This document shows positions 53,200 to 64,000 of a DNA stretch of 64,000 nucleotides, in pieces. The DNA comes from Camelus ferus (taxonomy: Eukaryota), in assembly GCF_009834535.1 (NCBI RefSeq), contig NC_045697.1, positions 75,518,001-75,582,000 on the forward strand, in the 5' to 3' direction. The translations under genes and the position numbers were made by a program. Position 1 is the first letter of the stretch. Each line of letters starts with the position of its first letter. A model generated the notes under the pieces. The model was not told the origin of the DNA. It did no database searches and worked only from the letters and a program-made list of their open reading frames with translations.

Positions 53200-55915
53200 A
53201 TTTATAGTCATTAGGGAGTAACAAGGTCCAGAATTACACCTTCATTATAAATAGCTAGAAAGCTAGACAATATAGTGAAACAACTATTCTCAAAACATGA
53301 ACAACAATGCAGGAGAAACTAAAATGTCTACAATATATGGGAAGCCTACAGAAGAGATATCAAAACAGTGTTCTAGAAATCTCCATAAGGGTTCCCTAAG
53401 ACTTTGGCTAAATATTAAGCTTTCATGACTAGAATAAAATATCATGTGAGTCTGTAAGCTAAACAATTCTCAGAGCACACAGGACTGATAGTTATCATGA
53501 AGAGTTCCACAATTCCGAGTGAAGAAACCTTATTCCATTCATGGGAATTGAGCAGAAACCCCCAGAAGGTTATACCTCAGTAGAGGGACTTTACTAGTCC
53601 TAAAATAAATGTTACTCAGTACTGTCCCTAAAGATTTTAAAAACAGTCCTTGAAAGGATCAACCTAATCCACAGGTATCCTAACTGCCTGCCAGAACAAA
53701 GGCCAACAACATTTAAAGATCACAACAAAATTAAGCGGTCGATAATGAGAACTTCACAATGTCTGGCATCTAAAAAGAAATTTCTAGACATGTCAAAAAA
53801 TTCTAGATATATGAAGCAAAGTCAATTAAGAGAAACAGAAACAGACATAACAGAGATGACAGAATTAGCAAATAACAGAGTTAAAATGGCTACTTTCAAT
53901 ATGCTCAAAGATTTAAAATAAATTATGAATACAACAAGCAAATAGAACACATGAATATATAAATTCTATATATGAAAAATATACAGTATCTAAAATTTAA
54001 ATAGACACAGTTCAACAAAAGATGAATTAACTTGAAGACAAAACAGTATAAATTATCCAAATGAAACCCAGAGAGGAAAAAAGACTAAAAAAAAAAAAAG
54101 GAAAAGAGCAATATGATGGACAATATCCAGCATTCTAACCTACATGTAATTGGAAACACAACTATACAGAAAAGTATGAGAGGCACAAAGCAAAGCATTG
54201 AAGAACTAATAGCTAAAAGTTTTTTTCCAATTTAATGAAAACTTCAAATGTACAGTTTCTAGAAGTCAATGACTTGTAAACAGGATAAATACAAAGAAAA
54301 CTATACTAAGGCACATAATCAAATTGTTGAAAACCAGTGATAAAGAGACAATCTTAAAAGCAGAAGAGGGGGGGGAAGTACATTACATACAGAGAATCAA
54401 AAATTAAAATAATTACAGAATAGTTGTAAACTATGCAAGCTAGAAGACAGTAGAATGGCATCTTTAAAATGTGGGACTAGGGTAAAGGGGTGGAATCAAC
54501 CTGGAATGATATACTCAGCAAACAAATTTGAGAGAATTTGCTTATAGTAAACGATCACTGCAAGTAACTGGAAGTTCTTCAGGCAGAAGGAAAATTGTAC
54601 CAGATGGAAACTTGAATCTATGCAAATGAATGAAGGGTGACAGAAATGATAAATACGTGGTTAAGTGTAAAAAGACATTTTTCTTATTTTTTAAAATTTC
54701 TTTAAAAGTTACATGACTGTTAAGTAAAAAAATGCATTGTGTTCTTTATAATATATATAGAAGTAAAATGATTAGAACAGTGGCACAAAGGATGGGAAGG
54801 GAAATAAAATGCAGGCATACCTCGGAGATATTGCAGGTTCAATTCCAGACCACTGCAATGAAGTAAACATTGCAATTAAGCAAATTACATTAATTTTTTT
54901 GTTTCCCAGTGTAACAAAAAAAATAAAAGTTATATTTACAATATACTGTGGTCTATTTAAGTGTGCAATAGCATTATGTCTAATAAAATGACGTACCTTA
55001 ATTTAAAAATGCTTTATTGCTAAAAAGTGATAATGATCACCTGAGCCTTCAGTGAGTCATAACATTTTCGCAATAGTAACATCAAAGATCACTAGTCACA
55101 GATCACCATGACAAATGTAATAATAATGAAAAAGTTTGAAGCATTGTGAGAATTACCAAAATATGACACAGAGACATATAGTGAGCAAATGCTGTTGGAA
55201 AAATGATGCCTATAGACTTGCTTGAAGCAGGATTGCCACAAACCTTCAGTTTGTAAGAAAACACATTATCTACAAGGTATAATCAAGCAACGTGAAACAA
55301 AATGAAGTATGCCAATATAAAATTAAAAGCTTCCTGCATCATATGAAATTGATTTAGTATTTCTGAAGGTAAATTGTGATAAGCTAAAGACACATATTAT
55401 AAACCCTAGAGAAAGTACCAAAAACTAGAGATACGTTTAATATGAAAATAATGGAAATAAACTAAATTAATGGAATACTAAAAATATAGAATAATCAAAA
55501 ATCAGAAAAAGGGGGAAAGTAATAAAGAATGTATGGAGATGCATATATAGAAAACAAATAACAAGGTGGGTTATTTAAGCCAAATTATATTAACAATCAC
55601 ATTAAATGTAAATAATATAAACCCTACAATTATAAGGAAAAGATTGTCAGACTGGATAAAAAAGCAAGACTTGTCTGAGTGCTATCTCCAAGAAACCCAC
55701 TTTAAATATAAAATACTTCCAGTCTGAAAATAAAAAGAATGGAAAAGGACATGAAGTACAAATGGTACTCATAAGAAAACTAGAGTTGCTATATAAATAT
55801 CAGACAAAATAGACTTCACAACAAGGAATATTACCAAGGATCAAGAGGAGCATTTCATAAGGATAAAGGAGTTGATTCATCTAGAAGATACAACACTTGA
55901 TAAAACAAGTAGATA
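53200..55915 (+). mobile_element. Ancient L1 (L1MC/L1ME-type) 5' region: UTR, ORF1 and start of ORF2 endonuclease
   Basis: ORF1-like 'ctatactaaggcacataatcaaattgttgaaaaccagtgataaagagacaatcttaaaagcag'. EN-like 'caatcacattaaatgtaaat...gattgtcagactggataaaaaagcaagac...gctatctccaagaaacccactt'. Confidence 0.8.
54812..55315 (-). mobile_element. Tigger1 internal-deletion derivative (~500 bp, Tigger1a-like)
   Basis: TIR CAGGCATACCTCG at 54812 and a decayed partner 'gaagtatgccaa' followed by TA at 55316. Both Tigger1 subterminal sequences are present and the transposase is absent. Confidence 0.9.
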
Positions 55916-57231
55916 GAAAACCATTAAGGATAAAAATGACAGCTACCTTCATCTGCAGCTTTCTGACCTGTCATTTATTCTATCCTCTTCTGCCATTTCC
56001 CTTCACCAATTATCTCCTCACTGTCCTGTTTCTTCCACTGCTAGTTTACCCCTTTTCTTCCCCTTTAGTCAAAAACAAGTTCAGGACTTTTCCATCCTAA
56101 AATAAACTGTTTTTCTTTGCCCCTACTTTCTTATCTATCTGAGGCCCTTTATCTACCTTCACCCTCATAATCAAGTTTTCTTAAAGTGTAGTCTGGTGGA
56201 GGTCCCCTAGGACCCTGGGTCATCTTCTACTATTCAGACAAAAGCAGGCCATCCCATGAGACATTCAGCAGTTGCCACAGCAGTGAGTGTTCTTGCAGCA
56301 TCAGCCACTGAGATTTAATTTAAATTTAATACATTTAGGTTTAATTTAAAATTTAAATGAATACTTAAATAATCATAACAATTAAAATATTGGTTACAAT
56401 TTTAGGTCTAGAAGCTTTACTAATTTATTGCTATTTGGGGGATCATTTAAGGAGAATTTCTTATGGGAAATGAACCAGAAAAAAGAAATTTAACCCCAGG
56501 TCTAGAAGGATGTCTCCAGGATTTCATCCAGCTGAACGCTCCACTTTTGAATCTTCACCAGTATGAAGACCAGTGAGATTTCCATGCTTACACCCCAACT
56601 AATTTTCACAGAGTACACCTTCATATTTCAGTAATGAACTCTCAATTGTTGAAAACCAGTGACTGGTTTTCAGCCTTCATGTTACCTGACCCCTCTCATA
56701 ATTTGGACACCATCCAGTTCTAAAAATACATATCTCCATTAGCACAGGTAGATTTATCAAAGATAATGAAGTCTAAACTTCAAGGCCCTTCCCATATAGA
56801 CGATCAATATGCTGGGAGGGGCGTTGGTAATGCGTTCATATGCTCATATTTTTTCCTACTTGAAAAAGCTAGTTATCTGATATCAATTAATACTACTGTC
56901 TCTCTTGTCTCTATCCACCCTAACTCCCCCCTCTTTCCAGGCTTTAACACAATTTTCCAGTTATATCACCCGCTGCCACCCTGTGTGTTCACTATACTCT
57001 GTCCAAATCCATCCCCTATCTTTTCTAGACCACATCTTTGCTCATGTTCTTAATCCAGCCTGAAATGGCCTTGTTCAATCACATCAGTACTCATTTTTAT
57101 TAATTTCCTGCTGATTTGACAGGAAAAATTAATTACAATGAAAACAACCATAAATAATATGTCACTAAAATGAGGAAAACATTGACAACCAATAGGTTAA
57201 TATGCTAATCCAGGTAGTTTAAAGATTAGTA

Positions 57232-57967
57232 TTTCTTTATGTTATCTATTGATGTGTAACATACCATCTTAAAACATGTTAGTGTAAACAACAAGTTTAT
57301 ATTGTATAGCACAGGGAACTATATTCAATGTCTTGTAGTAACCTATAATGAAAAGAATATGTATGTATATGTATGACTGAACTACTGTGCTGTACACCAG
57401 GAATTGACACAACATTGTAAACTGACTATACTTCAATTAAAAATTAAAGTTAAAAAAATGTACTAGTGAAAAATCATTTTTTAATGTGGATTAGGAAAAT
57501 GGACTTGTGCAGCAAAGATGGCTTATCTCTGCTCCACTATGCCTGGGGGCTCAGATGGAAAGATTTAAATGGCAGGGGCTAGAATTATCTGGAGGCTCCT
57601 TTATTCATATGTCTAGCATCTAGGATGGGATGATTTGAAGACTGGACTCATCTGAGATTGTCAATCAAAGAGCCTACACATGGTTTTACCACGTGCCTTG
57701 AGCTTCCCCCAGGACACTGTGGCCTCTGTGTAATCAGACTCCTAACATTGAGGCACAGGAATTTAGCATCAAGTATTCCTGTAACCAGGCTGGAAGGTCT
57801 GATCTTTCTTAATCCAGCCTCAGACGTGACATAGCTTCATTTCCACTGTACTCTATTGAATAAAACAGACACAAGCCCACCCTGATTCACAACGAAGGGA
57901 TATATAAATCTATCTCTAAGTGGAAGATGAGTCAAAGAACTTATGACCATGTATTAAAATTGCCACA
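57232..57967 (-). mobile_element. MLT1G/H-like solo LTR
   Basis: The minus strand starts 'tgtggcaattttaatacatggtcataagttctttgac'. The left end is 'gttatctattgatgtgtaacatacca'. Confidence 0.75.
57285..57458 (+). mobile_element. Short camelid-type L1 3' end nested in the LTR
   Basis: 'ttgtatagcacagggaactatattcaatgtcttgtagtaacc...gacacaacattgtaaactgactatacttcaattaaaaa'. Degenerate flanks 'aaaacatgttagtg' and 'aaaaatgtactagtg'. Confidence 0.88.
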
Positions 57968-60069
57968 GTAACTGTGGGAAAACTTTAAATGACTTGAAAT
58001 CTTAGTGTTCACAAGTGAAAGAAATTTTATAGAATTTTTCCCAAATTTGATAATAATCCTAAACATTTATTTGCCGTTACCAATAATGCATAATAAAGCT
58101 GAAATTAATAATAAATATCTCTAATAGTAAGTATGTTAATAATAAATCATTGATAATAAAAATTGAACTTTTATCAGCCATCCTATAGGAAAGGCTGAAT
58201 TATTCTCTTGTCTTTCTAGAGAGAGGAGGCAATCAAATAATACACAGTCAAAACACATAAGGAAAATACTACCTAGAGGTGTTATTTACTAATAAAAGTG
58301 TCATATTCTTTTTTTCTGAATTTTATGATGTTTTTGTATTTATTTTCTCTATATAAATAAATATATACTTTACACCTAATTTGTATTAATAATTGAATAA
58401 GCTTCAGGCCTCTCAGAACCTGGATCTTCCAGGTTTCCTGTTACCATGATGTCACTCTCTTTTTGCCTTCTCCCACTTCTTTGGCAATGCCTTCTTACTC
58501 TCTCCATTTCTCTCCCTCTTTCCATCCTTCTAATCCCTCAGGGTTCTAAACAAAACCTTCTTGTCACCTTATCCAACAATCCATTGCTGGCAATCTCATT
58601 CTATTATTTTAACTACGATCTGTAAGCTAACAGCTCCTAAATGTGTATATAGTTGGTACATTGGACAAGGAGACCTCCGAGGGTACTATCCTATGACAGC
58701 TTTATGTTGGTATCCCTCGACTCTTTAAACCTTCTCTGTGGGTGGTGACAGTCTTTACCCTGCCTCTGATGGAAGCTTCAGTTCCTCAAGATTTTTTGGA
58801 TCACATGATCAAGATTCAGAAATTTAGAATCTCAGACCAGTCGAATTCACAACTCCAAATTTGATGTCACTTTAAAACGCTTCCTCTTCCCCCTCCCTGG
58901 GGACTGCTGTAAATTAGTTTTTTGCCCTAGGAAAACAGGTCCAGGCTTTTCTGTCCTTTCCCTGCCCAGGATATCCTGGCAGGAGAAAGAGGAGAGATAA
59001 GACGGATAAGAAACATGATGGTATCTGTCACTGTAAAAGGTGCCTTCTTAACTGCTGGGCCTGGCAGATGCTTACAGCTGGTTCTGTCTCTCACATATAC
59101 TTTGCTGGGTTCTTCCAAGATACCCCTGTAGGGTCTTGCAAACTGTAACTCCCATAAAGATAGGCAATGCCTGTCCTTCCTATGGCTGACCCTGCCATGT
59201 CCTGGGCTTCAGTCTCTACAGCCTCTTACTAGGTACCCATTAGCCCAAGGGCCTGCTCTCTTGGTCAGGATTGCTTTCCAAAACACCCAAGGATGCCTTT
59301 TCCTACCAAAGCTTCCACATGTTAAGGTCCCTGGAACAGCTTTGACCCTCCATCAGAGGGGCAAGCAGCTGCCCAAATGCAGCTGTCTGGCTGGCTGCTT
59401 TCTCAAGTGACTTTCTCAAGTTCATGTCAATCAACAAGTCTCTATGTCCCTCATTTCCAGGGCACATATAGAAAACTTACCATGTGGTCCAGTGAAGTTC
59501 CTCTCTGTATATTGAGTTTACAAGTAGCTCCCATCCCAACCACCAGCAAAGAGGGGAGACATATCACAGCTTTTCCCCCAAGATTTCTTGTAAAAAAATC
59601 TTTGTTTTCACTCTCTGAATCTTTTCATATCTTTGAAGTTTTAGCACCCCTTTTGGAATATAGCATGTGCTCTATTATGATGCTTCAGCTGAAAGTTCAG
59701 AATGTGCTGCAGAGTTCAGAACTAAACTCAACTCCCAGCTTGTTCACCCTACTGTGTTCCCTCAATTAGTAGCCCAATGTAGAAAGCTCAGTTATGCTAA
59801 AACCCTTCCATCAAGAAAATTTAATCCTTATACCTCAGAAATGTGAAAATGTGCACATTTTTTCCCTTGCTTTGGATCAGGAACCAATATTCTCTCACCT
59901 GGATTACTACAAACTACTTGAGGAACTTTATAATTATTTGCTCATTTGGTAAACAGCTGTTGAGGATCCATGCACTTTGGACAAAAAGATTAAAAATGCA
60001 ACCCCTGTACTCAAGGATTTAACATACTAGTGCAGAAAATGATAATGCAACATTCACAGTATATTATAG

Positions 60070-60660
60070 TGTTATAAAATATGAGGGCCGGACTTTTGTC
60101 TATTTTGTTCACTACTCTACACCTAAGACTTTACTACAACCTGGTACATAATAAAAGTTCAATAAATAAAGGAGTAAAGTGGCATTTGGACATGGATACT
60201 ATCAGAGCACACAGTGAAGGCTTGTACAATGAGGAAGAGACCAAGGAATGCAATGCTTCAGCTGGGTCTGAATATAAGCTTCCATTCTTAGTCAAGCAAT
60301 TAGAACCTACAAAGGCATGGACGCAAAAAGAGCATGGGGCAATTGGGAAACTGCACACTGTTCAGTATGATGTGTGTGCTGTGAAGGAGGAAGGGATGGA
60401 GGAAATCAGGCTACAGATTTTGATAAGCCAGATCATAAAGAATATCCTTTGTCATGCTAAGGAGTTTGAATTGTAACTTGCAGGTGGTAGGGAGTCACTG
60501 AAGGGCCTTAAGCAAGCACATGACCTGATCAGATCTTTCACTGAGAAAGCATATTCTGAAAGCACTTTCCAGGTTAAACTGGAGAAGAACAAGTCTGTAG
60601 ACTGAGAAGCCAGCTTGATGGCAATAGTATTTGGGGGTTTAAATAGTGAAATAGAAAAGA
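60070..60660. mobile_element. L2 remnants (3' end on +, ~60070-60170; body on -, ~60200-60660)
   Basis: 'ttttgtctattttgttcactact...cctggtacataata...caataaata' and 'catgctaaggagtttgaattg...ggagtcactgaagggccttaagcaagcacatgacctgatcagat'. Confidence 0.6.
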
Positions 60661-61185
60661 TGCCACTCTTTTCTCCTTCCAAAAATTGTTCCTGAACCAA
60701 AAAGATAAAGAGACACACTAACACCATTTGAACAAAACTGTATAACTTTGACCACAGTATAAGACAAAGGCTCCCAGATGCAGTGGGTGTCATAGTGAGG
60801 GACACTCCAGGGGAGGCAGATGTCTGCAGCTGCACCTCAAACAAGCCCATAGAGTGATATTCTCCAAAAATAGGTGATACTCCCTAAGGGGAATACTAAC
60901 AAGACCTTATTTGCAACAATGTCAGGTGTGTGCATGGACTGGCAGAAGGATTTCCCTTGGACCCAAAAGAAACAAGAAGTCACACAAAAACTCTGCTCTC
61001 CCAGGAATGATCTGCTGGTGAAACAAGAGTCAAACAGGTGGATTACACATGGCAAGTAGTCTTGCAGAAGCTGATATTTGTTGGCTGGAAAGAAAAAAAA
61101 AGACAGAAAGAAATCACAGAAACAACTTGAATCACAAGGAAACTTTGAATAAACATTGAGACTCATATGCAAAATACAATTATAA

Positions 61186-61315
61186 GGGGGAGGGTATAGC
61201 TCAGTGGTAGAGTGTGTGCTTAGTATGCACAAGGTGCTGGGTTCAATTCCCAGTATCTCCATTAAGAAAATCAATCAATAAATAAAATCTAATTACTCTC
61301 CCTCCAAAAAAAGAC
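61186..61315 (+). mobile_element. tRNA-derived SINE, camelid Vic-1 type
   Basis: Head 'gggggagggtatagctcagtggtagagtgtgtgcttagtatgcacaaggtgctgggttcaattcccagtatctcca'. A box 61197-61207, B box 61240-61250. Tail 'aataaaatctaattactctccctccaaaaaaa'. CAAAATACAA at 61170-61179 and 61315-61324. Confidence 0.9.
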
Positions 61316-61699
61316 AAAATACAAACAATACAAGGACAATAGGCTAATTATTAATAGTCAACATTTTATTTCACCTTTCTCTGTCCATAGAGGATCAAGT
61401 GGACAAAAAAAATAAGTATAGATAGGAATGATCTAAATAACATAATTATTAAGGTAACATAATTGTTATTTAAGTGATAGGTATCCTACTTTATAATCTA
61501 AAACCAAAGGTTGACTTTTTCAATGTTAGTAGCACACTGTCAAAAATTATCTATATATATATATTATGCCACAGAGAAAACCTTAGAAAATCTCAAAAAC
61601 CAGGAGTAGCAAAGTTGAGTCTCTGATCAAAAGTGATAAAACTAAAAACACGTAAGTAAATCAGGAACTCTACCATTTGCCTGTGTAATTTAGCACAAA

Positions 61700-62385
61700 A
61701 TGTAAATGCAGTGATACAGGTAAAAACCAATGATGGCCTAAAATAAGACAGAGAAAAAGGAAACAATCAATTGATGGAACTATGGTCATCAGAGATTGGA
61801 GCTGAAGAAGATGGAGGTGTCTTTAGAAACTTCTAGGCTTTTTACTTGGGAAATGGGTGGATCACGCTTCCATTCATTAACATCGGGAGTATATTTGGAG
61901 AAACAGCTTTTGAGGAAAAAATGAGTTCATTTTCAGTCAAGTTGAGTTTGAAATGCTGACTAGACCTCAGTGGGTAAAGTCAAAACAGGCAGCTGAATAT
62001 ATCAGTCTAAATCTCAGGAGAGAAACAGAGCAAGAGATGCATATTTAGCAAACATGTATAGTGGCTGAGTGACTTGGATTTAGATGAGATTCCTAAGAGA
62101 GGTTTTGAATGGAAAGGTAAGAGGACACAGGAGAAAGCCCTAGGGTTCACAGATGCTTAAAGCAGAGTAGACGGATTTAGGGAAGGAGCTCCAGAAACAT
62201 GTTTTTCTTTTCATAACATTTATCACGCTTGTAATTACTGGTTTCATTTCCATATTTGCTGCTACACTCTAAGCTTCATGAAGATTGGGATCCATGTCTA
62301 TAATATTCACTGTGTTATCATGACTCTGACAAGGGCCCAGTAAATAGTAGGTGATCAATAAATATTTGTTGAATGAATAAGTCAA
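61700..62385. mobile_element. L2 remnants (- strand ~61700-62190; + strand 3' end ~62200-62385)
   Basis: 'atgagttcattttcagtcaagttgagtttgaaatgc' and the L2 terminus 'tagtaggtgatcaataaatatttgttgaatgaat'. Confidence 0.7.
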
Positions 62386-62939
62386 CGCATTAATCCAAAG
62401 TAATGCCTCCATGTGAACCCCCTTCAGCCCTCACTTCCTACCCTATGAGTGAATCTGATCTTTGACTCTTCTCTCTTTCATACATTCAGCCTCCCTCGTT
62501 TTGTTAGCATTTCTCTTTGTTCTGTGGAAGGTCTATAAGAAAGGATAAAATTCATGAAATATCAATATTTACAAATACTGTGACCAAAAAAAGAAACTTG
62601 AAAACTAATATTGGGTCCAATGGGCCCTGATGATATACTAGTAGTTGATACTAGTACAGAAAAACTAGTAGTTCTTGACCATTTTCATGTCATATTACAC
62701 AGAAAATAACGCAGCACGCATGGGTAAATTGAGGTATCCACTCATGGGCCAAGAGAAGCCTGCCCGTAGACTGACAGAATCACTGTACTAAGAGACCTGT
62801 TAACCGCTTGTGATGCACATGGTTGGGAAGCTCTGCACAGCCCTCTCTAAAGGCTTGTCCTACATTTTGAATACTGCTGTTTCCAGAATGTTACAAGATC
62901 TGTGGGCGTATGTTTAGGCTGTTTATTCTTATAGAGACT

Positions 62940-63150
62940 GAGGGTAGTGCTTAAGAGAAGATTGCCTGGGTATGAATCTGGCTCTGCCACTCACTAATTA
63001 TGGGATCTTGAACAAGTTACTGCTCTTCTATGTACCTCAGTCTACTCCTTCATAAAATGGGATACTGATAGTGCCTACTCCATACAGTTGCTGTGAAGAT
63101 TAAATGATTAAATCACAATACATATAAAATGCTTAGAACAGTGCTTGACA
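62940..63150 (+). mobile_element. MIR SINE
   Basis: 'gcctgggtatgaatctggctctgccactcactaattatgggatcttgaacaagttac...cctcagt...taaaatggga...gttgctgtgaagattaaatga...aaatgcttagaacagtgc'. Confidence 0.85.
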
Positions 63151-64000
63151 ATCAGAAAATATGATATTCTTATCCAGCTAATCACTTAACAGGAAAGACA
63201 ATAATTGCCATAATTCACAACAAGAACCTAGACCATACTGTTATTCTAAAGATACAAGTTTTCTCATTTGGGGATGTTCATGCACTAAAATTCATTTTAT
63301 GATTCATAAATGAAAAAATACTAGAGAAGCTCTGCATACAAAGATAATTGGAAGGAAATATATAAAGTATAAATTTAAAAATTCATTGAGATAATCATCC
63401 TAATTGGTGTTTATAAAGCTAAAAATAAAAATGTTCTGTAATTATGGAGGAAGGAAGATAGCAATTCTCTCTTCAACAAAATTAAGTCACTAGAGTTTTC
63501 AAAAATACTGTATTTGACAATGAAAGTGATGTTTAAATTTTTATTAAAATTTTAATATCACTACTTTTCACTATCTACCTTATTCTTACTTCTACAATTT
63601 CTTTGTTAAATGACCTAAAAATTTTTTTAATAAAAGTGATCCATTGGACCCGGAAGATAATCATAATGACTCAGCTTTAAACTCAGGATCTAAAAAATAA
63701 GTAGACTCAGGATCTAAAAGAAAAGAAATAAATAGCAACATTGTCTCCTTAGGGTTGACTGTATTGCTGTATTCGCCGTATTGAACAATTTGAAGGGCTG
63801 AAGAAAGCACTAAAAATAAACCTATGTTAAGATGAAAAGAAGAATAAATCATCAGCTCAGAGACAAAGTTGAAGGATATGAAATGACTGAACATATGCCA
63901 ATGGTGATTGAATTATGATTCCACACAAAATCCCCTTCAGACCTGTCTTTATGGAGACAACTAATCTCATGAACCCAATTGAGTTTAAATAGTCTGAGCA

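Larger units (their letters stand above)
56741..58434 (+). mobile_element. hAT-Tip100 DNA transposon fossil (Zaphod/MER115-like), interrupted by an LTR
   Basis: Ends 'caggtagatttatcaaagataatgaagtctaaacttcaaggccc' and 'taagcttcaggcctctcagaacctggatcttcc'. 58032-58103 translates to EFFPNLIIILNIYLPLPIMHNKAE and 58189-58203 to ERLNY, both resembling the hAT C-terminal dimerisation domain. Confidence 0.7.

Noticed and set aside
61186..61260. Possible tRNA gene
   Set aside because: A/B boxes are present, but a SINE-specific tail and A-tract follow, so it is a SINE.
59377..61274. Cluster of 130-145 aa ORFs
   Set aside because: They overlap L2, SINE and other decayed repeats, and none is a recognisable protein.
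1..64000. CRISPR arrays, operons, rRNA, CpG-island promoter, known miRNA/snoRNA
   Set aside because: None seen; the sequence is CpG-depleted mammalian non-coding DNA.

Overview
AT-rich, CpG-poor mammalian non-coding DNA (a large intron or gene desert). It is probably camelid: there is one Vic-1-type tRNA-derived SINE and camelid/artiodactyl-type L1 3' ends, and I saw no Alu, Bov-A/B or PRE-1. I can identify no host protein-coding exon. The ORF-track peptides I recognise are decayed L1 ORF2 fragments; the rest look like chance ORFs. Transposon fossils dominate: several L1s (one about 5.4 kb, running from the 5'UTR into ORF2), MaLR LTRs, L2, MIR, a Tigger1 deletion derivative and a hAT-Tip100 element, often nested. 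The most notable observations are: (1) a ~190-bp Tigger5-like DNA-transposon fragment that appears to have been retroposed as an mRNA (AATAAA, A-tail, 13-bp TSD; 24547-24764); (2) two different L1 5' ends fused convergently at ~46161; (3) a 27-bp locally templated insertion in an L1; (4) multi-level nested insertions; (5) speculative minus-strand non-coding exons and enhancer-like motif clusters. Repeat subfamily names come from my recollection of consensus sequences and need RepeatMasker/Dfam confirmation. The sequence alone does not demonstrate a novel multi-gene system.
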